64,000 nucleotides of DNA. Origin: Candidatus Melainabacteria bacterium 17Bon1m (GTDB lineage: Bacteria; Cyanobacteriota; Vampirovibrionia; Obscuribacterales; Obscuribacteraceae). The notes beneath the pieces are model-generated. The model ran no database searches, had not been told where the DNA came from, and saw nothing but the letters and a program-made list of their open reading frames with translations. Below, in pieces: positions 56,101 through 62,624 of this stretch. Made by a program: the position numbers and the translations under genes. Location of the stretch: contig JAVLKG010000009.1 in NCBI GenBank assembly GCA_032128875.1, positions 64,001 to 128,000 on the forward strand. Direction: 5' to 3'. Numbering within the stretch: the first letter of the stretch is position 1; each line of letters begins with the position of its first letter.

Positions 56101-58690
56101 CTTCACACTCAGATCTACCAACGCTGTTACCCTCGGGCTATCAGGACAATACACCTTTGATGTGAGTTCCCAAGGCACCGGAAATGGTGGCATTGTGCAA
56201 GGCACATTCGGAGGCGACGTGACATTGGCAGCTGGGTCAGTAGTAGCTAATGGTACCGGCGGCACTTCCGTCGGTATACAAAGTGATGGCAATATTACAG
56301 TCAATGCCGCCGCATTCAGTGTTAGAAATCAAAACGGAAATGGCTCTGGCATTGGATTGTCAGCCGGACGAGATGGTACTGGAGTACTGACGCTTAACGA
56401 CCTGGCCTTCTTCCAGGAAGCAAATGGAAACGGCACGGATTCAAACGGTGGATCTTTATCACTAGTAGGAAACGGCATTGTCACTCCAGGTATTGGAAAC
56501 TCTGTAAACAACCCGCTCGTTCTTACTGCGGCAGGAACAGGCAACGGTAACGGTGGGAGCGTTAGCTATGTCAACTCGTCTTCCACGCCCATATTTGTCG
56601 GCACACCCCCAAAAGCACCAAAGGGAAACTCGATCTTTATCGAAGTAGAGGCCTCTGCTGGTGATGCTGTTGGCAGTACTGGACGCGGTGGCTCTGCCAT
56701 CATACGTAGTGGCGGCAATTTGACTGTTAGCAACACTTCGCTCATAAATATTGCTCGCGGTGAGAACGGCACTATCGGTTCCAGCTATAACCTCGGTGCC
56801 GGTTTTGGAGATGGCAAGGGACAGCTCATAGTCAATGGAAGTCTTTCAACTAATGGAAACCAGGGCGATATCACTCTTGAGTCTGACAGCAAGACTGCAT
56901 TCGTGCTAAATGGTAGTAATGTCAAAAATGGCATCACGGGAACATTAGATGCTGGCAACGGAATCATCGAAATTATCAACTCAAGCGGCGGCATAGTTGT
57001 CCAGACAAACAGCGCAATTGCTGCCGCCAACGTCTTGGAGCTGACTTCCCTCGGCACGAAGGGCAAGATCACAGCCGCAAGTGATGTAACTCTTGATGTA
57101 CGTGAGATTCATTTCGAAACTCTCGGAGGGGCGATCGGCAGTAAGAATTCACCGATCAATGTCGAATCAGATTTTGTTAGAGCAATAACCGCTGGAAAGG
57201 GTTCTGTTTTCATAAACAACCTTAACCTCGGAGACTCTGGTTTCTTCGGGCGGTCCGGTGGCTCTCTGACGCTGACCACTGCCGGTTCTGTCGAGCTAGA
57301 CGGATTTACAACACAGAAAGGAAACATTCTGGTTGTGACTAACGGAAGCACGTTGTCTGTTTCGAACGACTCAGAAATTACGGCAAACAATGGTTCATTA
57401 ACCTTGCAGAATGCAAATGTCGCTGGACAGATTCAAATTGGAGACGGTGCTACGGTTGAAACGCAGCAGAAGGGGGGTAATACCATTCTTGCAGTTGGTG
57501 CGGTTCCAAAGCGAGGAACAAATCCAGTCTCAGCCGACGGCATTTACAACAATATAAATGTAAATGTAGAAGGTAAGAAAGGCATCGCATATTTCGGAGG
57601 TCCGCCGAATGCAGTCGTTGCAACCACGACGGCGAACGTCAATGCGATAAACAAAAGCGTCATATTCTCAGGACCTTCTGGTTCGATCGTCCTTGGCGAT
57701 GGCGCGACAGTCACGGCCGATCCACCCGTCAAGGCAAGTGCCCCTTTGGTGCAATCCTCATTCTCACTCGAGAACTCGTCCATCACTTCGGACCTTTCGG
57801 TTCTATCTATGAGTCCAACGAATCAGGCTCAAGCAGCCAGTAACGAAACTCTCATGACTGCAAGCAGTCAGAATGTGGTCAACACTAGGGATTCGCAACT
57901 TACGTCTCTCGGCTCATTGTCGAATGAATTGGTCACACACAATGCGGCCATCCAGAATGCCAGTCAGCTCGCTTACAATGCGTCGTTACAAACTCCGAAT
58001 CAAATCGCAACCAATAGCGCCTCGCTACCTTTTGTCGATGACGACGATTCATATATTGTTGGTAGCATGGGACGCGGGGGTATGACAGAGGCAGCAATTT
58101 GCAGCGATAGCGAATTTGTCGGTAAGCAACTTGGACTCATGTCTGGTGTGAAAACGATCGGACACAGCGAGCGTGTTGAACTGAAGAGAGGCGTTGTTCT
58201 GTTCGTTCCCTCGAAGGCAACAGCGGTTGAGACACCCAACGGAATCGTGCACATAAGCGCGAATTCTGTAACACTTGTATCGACTTCAGAAGCTGGTTTG
58301 TCCGTATACGATTTGGACGATCAGCATAAAGGATCTGTACGCGTTGAATCGAATGGTCACAACGTAGTTCTTTCGCCAGGGCGACACGTAATGATCACCA
58401 AGCATCACACTGCTGAGTTCGCTCAAATAAATGCTGTCGAAACCATCTCGCACCGTAATGTTCAAAGCACAATTAAGAATGGACATAGAGCCCATACATC
58501 TGAGTTCTCTGTACTTTCGGCGATGGATTCGGTTTCTCCCTTGAAAGCACTTGCTTCGTCGAAGCATGCGGATGCGAAGCATGTCACTGATCGCATGATT
58601 AAGACAACCGCAATCATGTTGCATCTCGGTGGAAGTGGTGGGCAGTATCAGCACTACTTCAAACCACGCCTGACCGCTTACGGACAGTAA
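50168..58690 (+). CDS. Giant secreted beta-helical (filamentous-haemagglutinin-like) exoprotein/adhesin
   Basis: About 2840 aa rich in G/N/S/T/A/V beta-strand repeats, signal peptide ending TAALA, AGGAGA RBS, distinct ~200-aa C-terminal domain. Confidence 0.85.
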   Translation: MQTNNDSKLWNRRSIFGRVYVSLTVPMLLASNLTTAALANDGKGAAWQQFRLDNPDLRGKELNSAFKDHWQDVRDVHGNDGANAASQNAVNQAINNAASNVAAGAASHLNVHDFATKAEFKAYKESLKQQNIAHQINQSIQQIDGQQVLKVNGGFNLDLTSAVETITLGNNLFKEQSSVNINVGGESKTVQAGSKVTAAEYVAAKQALVAGGQTVTLDGDGRATGGSVDLSALTSGNGKMKVDDLVVPVSVVASGDFGRGGDVRIKGDLINSGSINAFSSSGNVNAIIRADNITNNIGADITSTASDLTLQADKALKNFGTINATGNLTLSAEKSLTNSGTVSAAGNLNIQAANVTNTGTLASTDANVNFGTTGADNLLVNNYGGTIAALNGAINLRDAAYEGLKDTTVVGGDLLSQEVNVYTGGGTANVYVNELTGVVNSSGSAAHVSANTDTLTIGEQCLTGDPTYFNTGNISIAGNIIVGEDLAIIAGRNIIQTAANLTIRAVDSNGDGRDIIIVAGANVTGTGSQYPGAATTASFSGGSAQGGQVLLSQGGLVDASGNVPGSKAGNITIAAYSDGISNDPGKIIMSNWDIKANGNGTAAGDTNGNISLISGSIDLATISVRNLQNTGGTGSGTISLVSAAPTFDVGSAMTFGANGNVTSGNKLVAGTVGNGVGVIQVSDIDSSGDVFVLSNGAVQAGSIKATNSSTVTLRANTLNNTVSVGLIDVSSNQAGVDAGSVVINAARVNVNIINLSGAGGRSAGTLVAELNSANTVTLNGSMGVNYIGQILSNPGSGDGAIVDVTNNGTGGIRVANVIVLAAGVSRTTGSLKLTAPNGNLDLSAYTNGINVSGSALNGGNAGDVSLIYDSLTVNPAVAFAVSANAGFNGTAGTINIERTGTGTVSIGTTAGNFNLSATGSGGTINASAGGLLTATGSALSADNINLESGTGGVFGMNLAGAFTGKNMSLRSPNSIFNTAGTTLNFTGNLSLITPSVTFNGATYTAQNLSIDSLSATGSDLALSGGAAATLNANLINIGAVDTLSFSGNFLYNGQTILSGQSISATGSTQTMQNGNTGYIVTPNLNGGTFNGTWVSTATPLSGISVVNNPGSVVMSGDIVIAGNFAIVASGNVDLTGASINLSGPTAGSLSIFAGYNSNIVTNGTQTPTDQTINNLTASTDGGSVIGGANINVSGTGSGGHAGSVTVVARKGSIDLGDILATGDLNDGFVKLIGETGVTVGDINTTASGGLGGGVSISVGQAGLAGVSITNGALSGTVFTAIVTSGNIKTGAITAGIRNLVLNGAFGANDKIEVESLNAQFLDVNTVAGSTTFGVSNVQNVSGSGGGSFKLVNTGDVAFSVANNSWDVDVTSTNGALSFNSVSFNSLKATSFGDMYFYNPSSTPSVSTNADLTTTGSGSIFGVFNVGVGGTLKMVSANDIGDSNNEFTTGAGSIDAYAANNAFLNVTNSAVNFTGGGAGYLFRIGTTATDAVLTTSSSGINAPTVVFLPSAAASIGTSSNFFKVNNNGAGVNVQLSAQNGSADETDVFVEYLGNSILSYTTSDGGNTSLRTPDANAQVLLNGTVTGVAGNLDITTNYLTIDTRVQADGNISIQSNAGSGLIVESLAPTTSFNSDGTIEIRANTGTLTLTGSQIRYYSSVDLFGETVLVDSVQVAQAPSRIFTGNLIIGGGGALVTYNDPPQPGDTWTLINGGTYANGTGDITLTGPLNFGDLAIIAAGNITINGDIDLSGSQGGDLTMFAGYNFTPSPSTTTFDPLGTYTDFTPNANGGSITVTGNINTTATNGNGGNVIAVANNGAISLQNIDTTATGGTAGKVLLIGGTGVTLNNVNADGASSTTIAVADAQLFPQGSTPFQIQGGVVVGDVGVGALRNGTISVNDVNVGTTQYSSLKFQTAETGTVNIGGSITSNQIEIQSGNLTVAGSQLSTAGSAGSLRINVSTASPLAMSALGLGNDNGGQIDFTLRSTNAVTLGLSGQYTFDVSSQGTGNGGIVQGTFGGDVTLAAGSVVANGTGGTSVGIQSDGNITVNAAAFSVRNQNGNGSGIGLSAGRDGTGVLTLNDLAFFQEANGNGTDSNGGSLSLVGNGIVTPGIGNSVNNPLVLTAAGTGNGNGGSVSYVNSSSTPIFVGTPPKAPKGNSIFIEVEASAGDAVGSTGRGGSAIIRSGGNLTVSNTSLINIARGENGTIGSSYNLGAGFGDGKGQLIVNGSLSTNGNQGDITLESDSKTAFVLNGSNVKNGITGTLDAGNGIIEIINSSGGIVVQTNSAIAAANVLELTSLGTKGKITAASDVTLDVREIHFETLGGAIGSKNSPINVESDFVRAITAGKGSVFINNLNLGDSGFFGRSGGSLTLTTAGSVELDGFTTQKGNILVVTNGSTLSVSNDSEITANNGSLTLQNANVAGQIQIGDGATVETQQKGGNTILAVGAVPKRGTNPVSADGIYNNINVNVEGKKGIAYFGGPPNAVVATTTANVNAINKSVIFSGPSGSIVLGDGATVTADPPVKASAPLVQSSFSLENSSITSDLSVLSMSPTNQAQAASNETLMTASSQNVVNTRDSQLTSLGSLSNELVTHNAAIQNASQLAYNASLQTPNQIATNSASLPFVDDDDSYIVGSMGRGGMTEAAICSDSEFVGKQLGLMSGVKTIGHSERVELKRGVVLFVPSKATAVETPNGIVHISANSVTLVSTSEAGLSVYDLDDQHKGSVRVESNGHNVVLSPGRHVMITKHHTAEFAQINAVETISHRNVQSTIKNGHRAHTSEFSVLSAMDSVSPLKALASSKHADAKHVTDRMIKTTAIMLHLGGSGGQYQHYFKPRLTAYGQ

Positions 58691-58705
58691 TTTTCAATCT
58701 CTGCT

Positions 58706-58733
58706 GTAGGAGCGCGTGCAACGCGCCCCCACG
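58706..58733. repeat. REP-like palindrome
   Basis: GTAGGAGCGCGTGCAACGCGCCCCCACG; core identical to the 9023 copy. Confidence 0.75.
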
Positions 58734-58738
58734 ATAAA

Positions 58739-58921
58739 CTATTTGCTTCTGCGAACAGCAAGTCTTCTTTTGTTCGGTACAACAAGATCGCCGAGCATTC
58801 TTGCTGCGAAATAGGCCGCAATTGCACCGGGGTTGCGTTTGACTTTCTGCTTCATCAGTTTGACGCTCGCTTGAGCCGTCTGAGTAATGATGTAATAAAT
58901 AACTTTGCCTTTAAATCTCAT
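58739..58921 (-). CDS. Small basic hypothetical protein (60 aa)
   Basis: ATG preceded by purine-rich AGGGA; fills an otherwise empty gap and ends next to a REP. Confidence 0.45.
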   Translation of the reverse strand: MRFKGKVIYYIITQTAQASVKLMKQKVKRNPGAIAAYFAARMLGDLVVPNKRRLAVRRSK

Positions 58922-59022
58922 GATTCCCTGATTCCGTAGTTCCTAAAGTTGTCGCCACCAAGCGGACTCCCCTTGCGAGCCCTATAATTGGGCGCATACC
59001 GCGCCACTCCTTTCTTTCGCAC

Positions 59023-59050
59023 CTGGAAAGACTTAGAACTGTCTTTCCGG
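59023..59050. terminator. Hairpin downstream of alkA, possible terminator
   Basis: CTGGAAAGAC-N8-GTCTTTCCGG; no clear U-tract. Confidence 0.3.
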
Positions 59051-59187
59051 TTCCTTTCCAAGCTGGTTCAGCCAACAGGTTTTACAGAAGTGCAGTGCAA
59101 AGCTAACAACAATGACTATTTGAAAAAGCCGTTACCTTCCCCAACTTTCGGGAACTTCCAATGAGAGCAAAGGTCCTTACAACAGCC

Positions 59188-59952
59188 CTATACTTTCGCC
59201 ATTCCGGCGGCTCGCCAGAGATACCATGATGCCACTGATCGGTAGGGCTGCCATTTTTCGCCAAATTCTAGCAGCGCTTTTGGTGTTGGCAGATCTGCAG
59301 TTTTATACGTATATGCAAAACCTTTGCGCACACCGTAATCGGTTGAAGGCAAGATATTCAACCGTCCTAATTTGAAAATCAAAAGCATCTCGACTGTCCA
59401 AGGACCGATGCCACGAATGGCGCTGAGTCGTTTAATCAGCTCTTCATCGCTGAGTTGATGCATTTCTTCCAGCGATGGGACTTGACCCTCCATCATCTTT
59501 AGAGACAGATCTTTTATGGCTGCTGTTTTAGCGCGCGATAAACCCGCTGAACGGAGCAGCTCGTCTGACACTTCCAAAAATCGATGGGGTTCTGGGTAGG
59601 TGACAGCGCCGACAAGTGGAGCCGCCGCAATCTTCACTTCTTTAATTTCCTTCTTTGGTCTGTTTCTCGGCAAAGCCTTTTTTACTTCTTTTGCGGCAGC
59701 CTCTTTCAAGCCGTCGTCTAAGAATAAATTTTTGACGCGCTGCGCAATGGTGGCAGCGGCTTTGCCCGTCAACTGCTGATAGATAATTGCCTCGGCGAGC
59801 GATGCAAATGGACTATGCATTTCGTCGAGTTTGAGTGCGCAAGGCCCAACTTGATCGATTATCTTGCCTAATTTCTTGTCGCGCTTTTGAATGTGCTCGG
59901 TGGCAACTATCAGTTCTTCTTCAAAAGGCGTGAGCTTTTTCTTTGGTGCCAT
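59188..59952 (-). CDS. alkA: DNA-3-methyladenine glycosylase II (HhH-GPD family)
   Basis: IIYQQL...AA.TI, GLSRAK, IRGIGPWTVEM, DYGVRKG and WQPYRSVASWYLW. Confidence 0.9.
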   Translation of the reverse strand: MAPKKKLTPFEEELIVATEHIQKRDKKLGKIIDQVGPCALKLDEMHSPFASLAEAIIYQQLTGKAAATIAQRVKNLFLDDGLKEAAAKEVKKALPRNRPKKEIKEVKIAAAPLVGAVTYPEPHRFLEVSDELLRSAGLSRAKTAAIKDLSLKMMEGQVPSLEEMHQLSDEELIKRLSAIRGIGPWTVEMLLIFKLGRLNILPSTDYGVRKGFAYTYKTADLPTPKALLEFGEKWQPYRSVASWYLWRAAGMAKV

Positions 59953-60018
59953 GTCGCTTCCGGTCTACCTGTCGTTCTTCGCGTGCCAACTGTTTGCACT
60001 GTCAGCTGTTTTCCGAAA

Positions 60019-60312
60019 TCATACGACGGTTTGAAACAGCGGTGTGCCACCCAGTGTAAGTCGGACATTCGAGAAGTCTTGAGTGTTTCCTTGTAGATGC
60101 TTGCACATGCGCCTGGTAATCATGACGACTTCAAGCGGCGGTTCTGTTTTCTTTGCGGAGGGAAACATCTTCATGATGCGGGTCTCTGTCGGCCCGGCAT
60201 CAGAGTCAGGAAGGAGGTGTCCACAAATGCCATTCTTTGTCCACGCAATCGCGGCCAAGCCTAGATCGGTGTCGAATAAGTGGTAGTGAATCTCTTCGGA
60301 GAAGTCTGTCAT
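60019..60312 (-). pseudogene. ogt: Truncated methylated-DNA-protein-cysteine methyltransferase (N-terminal domain only)
   Basis: YHLFDTDLG...IAW...GI...LP and DFS.V.L....PLFQ.VV match the Ogt N-terminal half. It stops before the RAVG and PCHR motifs, which are absent in all frames. Confidence 0.65.
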
Positions 60313-60331
60313 TGCATAACCTCCGGTAAGG

Positions 60332-61660
60332 TCAGGCGCTCATGTCGTGCGTGTCTGCGTCGTACAACAACCAACCTTTGCGATTGCTGAATGTCTGCCA
60401 ATCGTAGGCAGTTGTATAAGTCATTCGCTTATTGGTTTTTCTTCGGTAAGCTTCGGTTGCAATTCTGGTCAAGGCGATAAACTCGACGTCCTTTGGCATT
60501 TCCTTTGGATTTTTGAGGACATCGTCGTAAGGCTCTTTGCCATTGGCGATCGCGCAGCAGCGCACACCGAGGAACCAGTCTTTCGAGAAATGGCTTTTGT
60601 TGCCATCAAAGGCTTCCTCTCCGATTTCTCTTGCATATGGTTCGCCATCGAGCGCGAAAAGTTTTTCAGAAAGAATATCTTGGAATTGCATAACGTCTTG
60701 TGTCGACATCGAGGCTAGCTCCTCGACTGCGGGTTCGATGACTTTCTCATCGTCACCTAATTGATCCCAGTCGAGCAATCCAATTATTTCCCAGAATTTG
60801 TTTTCATCCAGCGTTTGACTCGGCGCCGAAAAGTCTAGTATCGGGAAGTCTTCGGAGAGCTTGCGAATTGTCTCCGCATCTTCTTTCACATCGAGTGACC
60901 CGAAGAGTTCTTCGTCGCTCATGTCTTCCATGCTCTTAGGCGGCAACCATTTGATGCGACAACCTGGAAGTTTTCCTTTGAGTGAATCGACGCCCTCTTT
61001 TGTAACCTTCGTGTTGAACAAATAGACACGAATCAAAGACTTGAGCTGTTCGAGCGCGTGCAAACCACCGTCGGAGATTTTCGTTCCGGACAGTCCAAGT
61101 TGCACCAAATCCGGAGGCAATGTCAGACCAGCTAGACCATTGTCATCAATGTCTGTAGAACTCAACCAGAGCTCTCGCAGGTTTTTCAGTTTGGAAAGTA
61201 TCTGCAGACCGTCGTCACTGATGCGGCTGTGGCTGAGACCAAGCGATGTCAGATTGGAGAGAAGCGCGATGTGAGTCATCCCACGATCGCTTACATCTGT
61301 GGACGTCAATTCTAAAACTCTCAAGCCTGAAAGCTTTTCAACATGGAGCAAGCTGAGGTCGGAGAGGTCAGAGTGAGAAAGGTCAAGGGTATGGAAATCG
61401 TCCGGACGCATCTCGGCTATGGGAGCCAGCGAAGAGCCTCTCGGGCTGACCTTGAGCTTCAACTTTGTGTCCGCCGGGATTTTGACGGCGCCGCGAGCCT
61501 CATCCAACACTTCCCACTTGATGGGGTTGTTTTCCGGTGAGACTACAAGCCCGCGAACCACGGTCAGAAGCTCCCACTCCTCTGGCTGGCTTTTCGGTGC
61601 GACGAAAAGCGTTCCAATAGAGCGGCGATGGGGGAAGCGAATTATGCGTTCTTCTGTCAT
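60332..61660 (-). CDS. LRR protein fused to a C-terminal DUF4240-like domain
   Basis: About five L..L.LS.T.ISD.GL repeats; C-terminal FWEII...EL......F...L...L..LD...DWFL..RC..IANG...Y...L.NP. Confidence 0.8.
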   Translation of the reverse strand: MTEERIIRFPHRRSIGTLFVAPKSQPEEWELLTVVRGLVVSPENNPIKWEVLDEARGAVKIPADTKLKLKVSPRGSSLAPIAEMRPDDFHTLDLSHSDLSDLSLLHVEKLSGLRVLELTSTDVSDRGMTHIALLSNLTSLGLSHSRISDDGLQILSKLKNLRELWLSSTDIDDNGLAGLTLPPDLVQLGLSGTKISDGGLHALEQLKSLIRVYLFNTKVTKEGVDSLKGKLPGCRIKWLPPKSMEDMSDEELFGSLDVKEDAETIRKLSEDFPILDFSAPSQTLDENKFWEIIGLLDWDQLGDDEKVIEPAVEELASMSTQDVMQFQDILSEKLFALDGEPYAREIGEEAFDGNKSHFSKDWFLGVRCCAIANGKEPYDDVLKNPKEMPKDVEFIALTRIATEAYRRKTNKRMTYTTAYDWQTFSNRKGWLLYDADTHDMSA

Positions 61661-61898
61661 TGATAAATTATCCGATATGTTGGCGCAAAAAACTTTGCAA
61701 GAAGAATGTGTTTCTCAAAATTCTGTTTCAAAGTAGGTTTTGCCGCCCACGGGCTTGCACTTGAATTCATCAGCTCTTAGTAAATGTCGTCTAAGAAAAG
61801 AGCCAAGTGCTATGCTACCTCTCTAGTGCGCAACATTCTATTACTGCGCAGGCGACTTGTGGCATAGCCACCGCCGGCCAGAGAAAGGGAGACTTCAG

Positions 61899-62360
61899 AT
61901 GGATGAGATTGACGCCCAAGGAAGGCAGTTGCTGATCGACCGCCCTTTGTTGACGCGTGGACGGCTAAGCGTCTATCGCGAGTCTGAAGGGGCTGATCAC
62001 TGGTTTCCCCGGCTCAACGTCACTCTAAAGCGTTCAGGGACGGACGATGTGCTTTGGCAATGGACTACGCACACCTTACCGATCGACTACGAAGAGCCAC
62101 CGCCGTACGGTGATGAGGTTCTTCTCGAGAAGTATTTTGAATTGAGCGCGCCAATCCGCTCACCCCGCGGGCTGGAAGCCGTTTTCTCGCTTGGACCCGG
62201 TGAGTCGAAGCGCGGCTCTGTAACCCAATTTTCAGCGGCCCTTTATCTTTATCCGAATTCTTTCGAAGATAGAGGCGTGCAGGTTGGTGTGCTTGATTTC
62301 ACGCAAGGGCTGACCACAGGCGGCGTTCCGCTGTTCTTCCGCGTCAATTTTCCCTGGTAA
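61899..62360 (+). CDS. Hypothetical protein
   Basis: ATG at 61899 with GGGAG RBS; 153 aa. Confidence 0.7.
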   Translation: MDEIDAQGRQLLIDRPLLTRGRLSVYRESEGADHWFPRLNVTLKRSGTDDVLWQWTTHTLPIDYEEPPPYGDEVLLEKYFELSAPIRSPRGLEAVFSLGPGESKRGSVTQFSAALYLYPNSFEDRGVQVGVLDFTQGLTTGGVPLFFRVNFPW

Positions 62361-62367
62361 CCTTGAC

Positions 62368-62411
62368 GGGCGATTCAATATCGCCCTGGCGACGCGCGGC
62401 GTCAGCCCTAC
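62368..62411. repeat. Paired REP-like palindromes
   Basis: GGGCGATTCAATATCGCCC followed by GGCGACGCGCGGCGTCAGCCCTAC; same layout as 21695-21744. Confidence 0.65.
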
Positions 62412-62449
62412 GCAGAGGGTGGTTTAGAGTGCTGTCATGTTTAGTAAAT

Positions 62450-62522
62450 TGCGTCCGGTGCGACTCGAACGCACGACCAATCGGTTAAAAGCCGAGTGCT
62501 CTACCGGCTGAGCTACGGACGC
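62450..62522 (-). tRNA. tRNA-Lys (anticodon UUU), CCA not encoded
   Basis: GCGTCCG acceptor stem, D arm TAGCTCAGCCGGTAGAGC, anticodon loop CT-TTT-AA, T loop GTTCGAGTC. Confidence 0.95.
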
Positions 62523-62624
62523 ATAGCAGGCGAAGATTCATCCTATCAATCACGCAGACCGCGTGTCAAGAACACTGAATTTCCCCCATTCACATATCAT
62601 GCAACAAGAATGGAGAATTGCTAG

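Noticed and set aside
59953-60021. Stop-codon readthrough fusing ogt to alkA (same frame)
   Set aside because: Two in-frame stops (TGA and TAG) intervene, and the catalytic PCHR domain would still be missing.
61757-61810. Imperfect hairpin GCACTTG..GCTCTT/AAGAGC..CAAGTGC in a divergent intergenic region
   Set aside because: Single occurrence with no recognised RNA family; it could be chance or promoter sequence.
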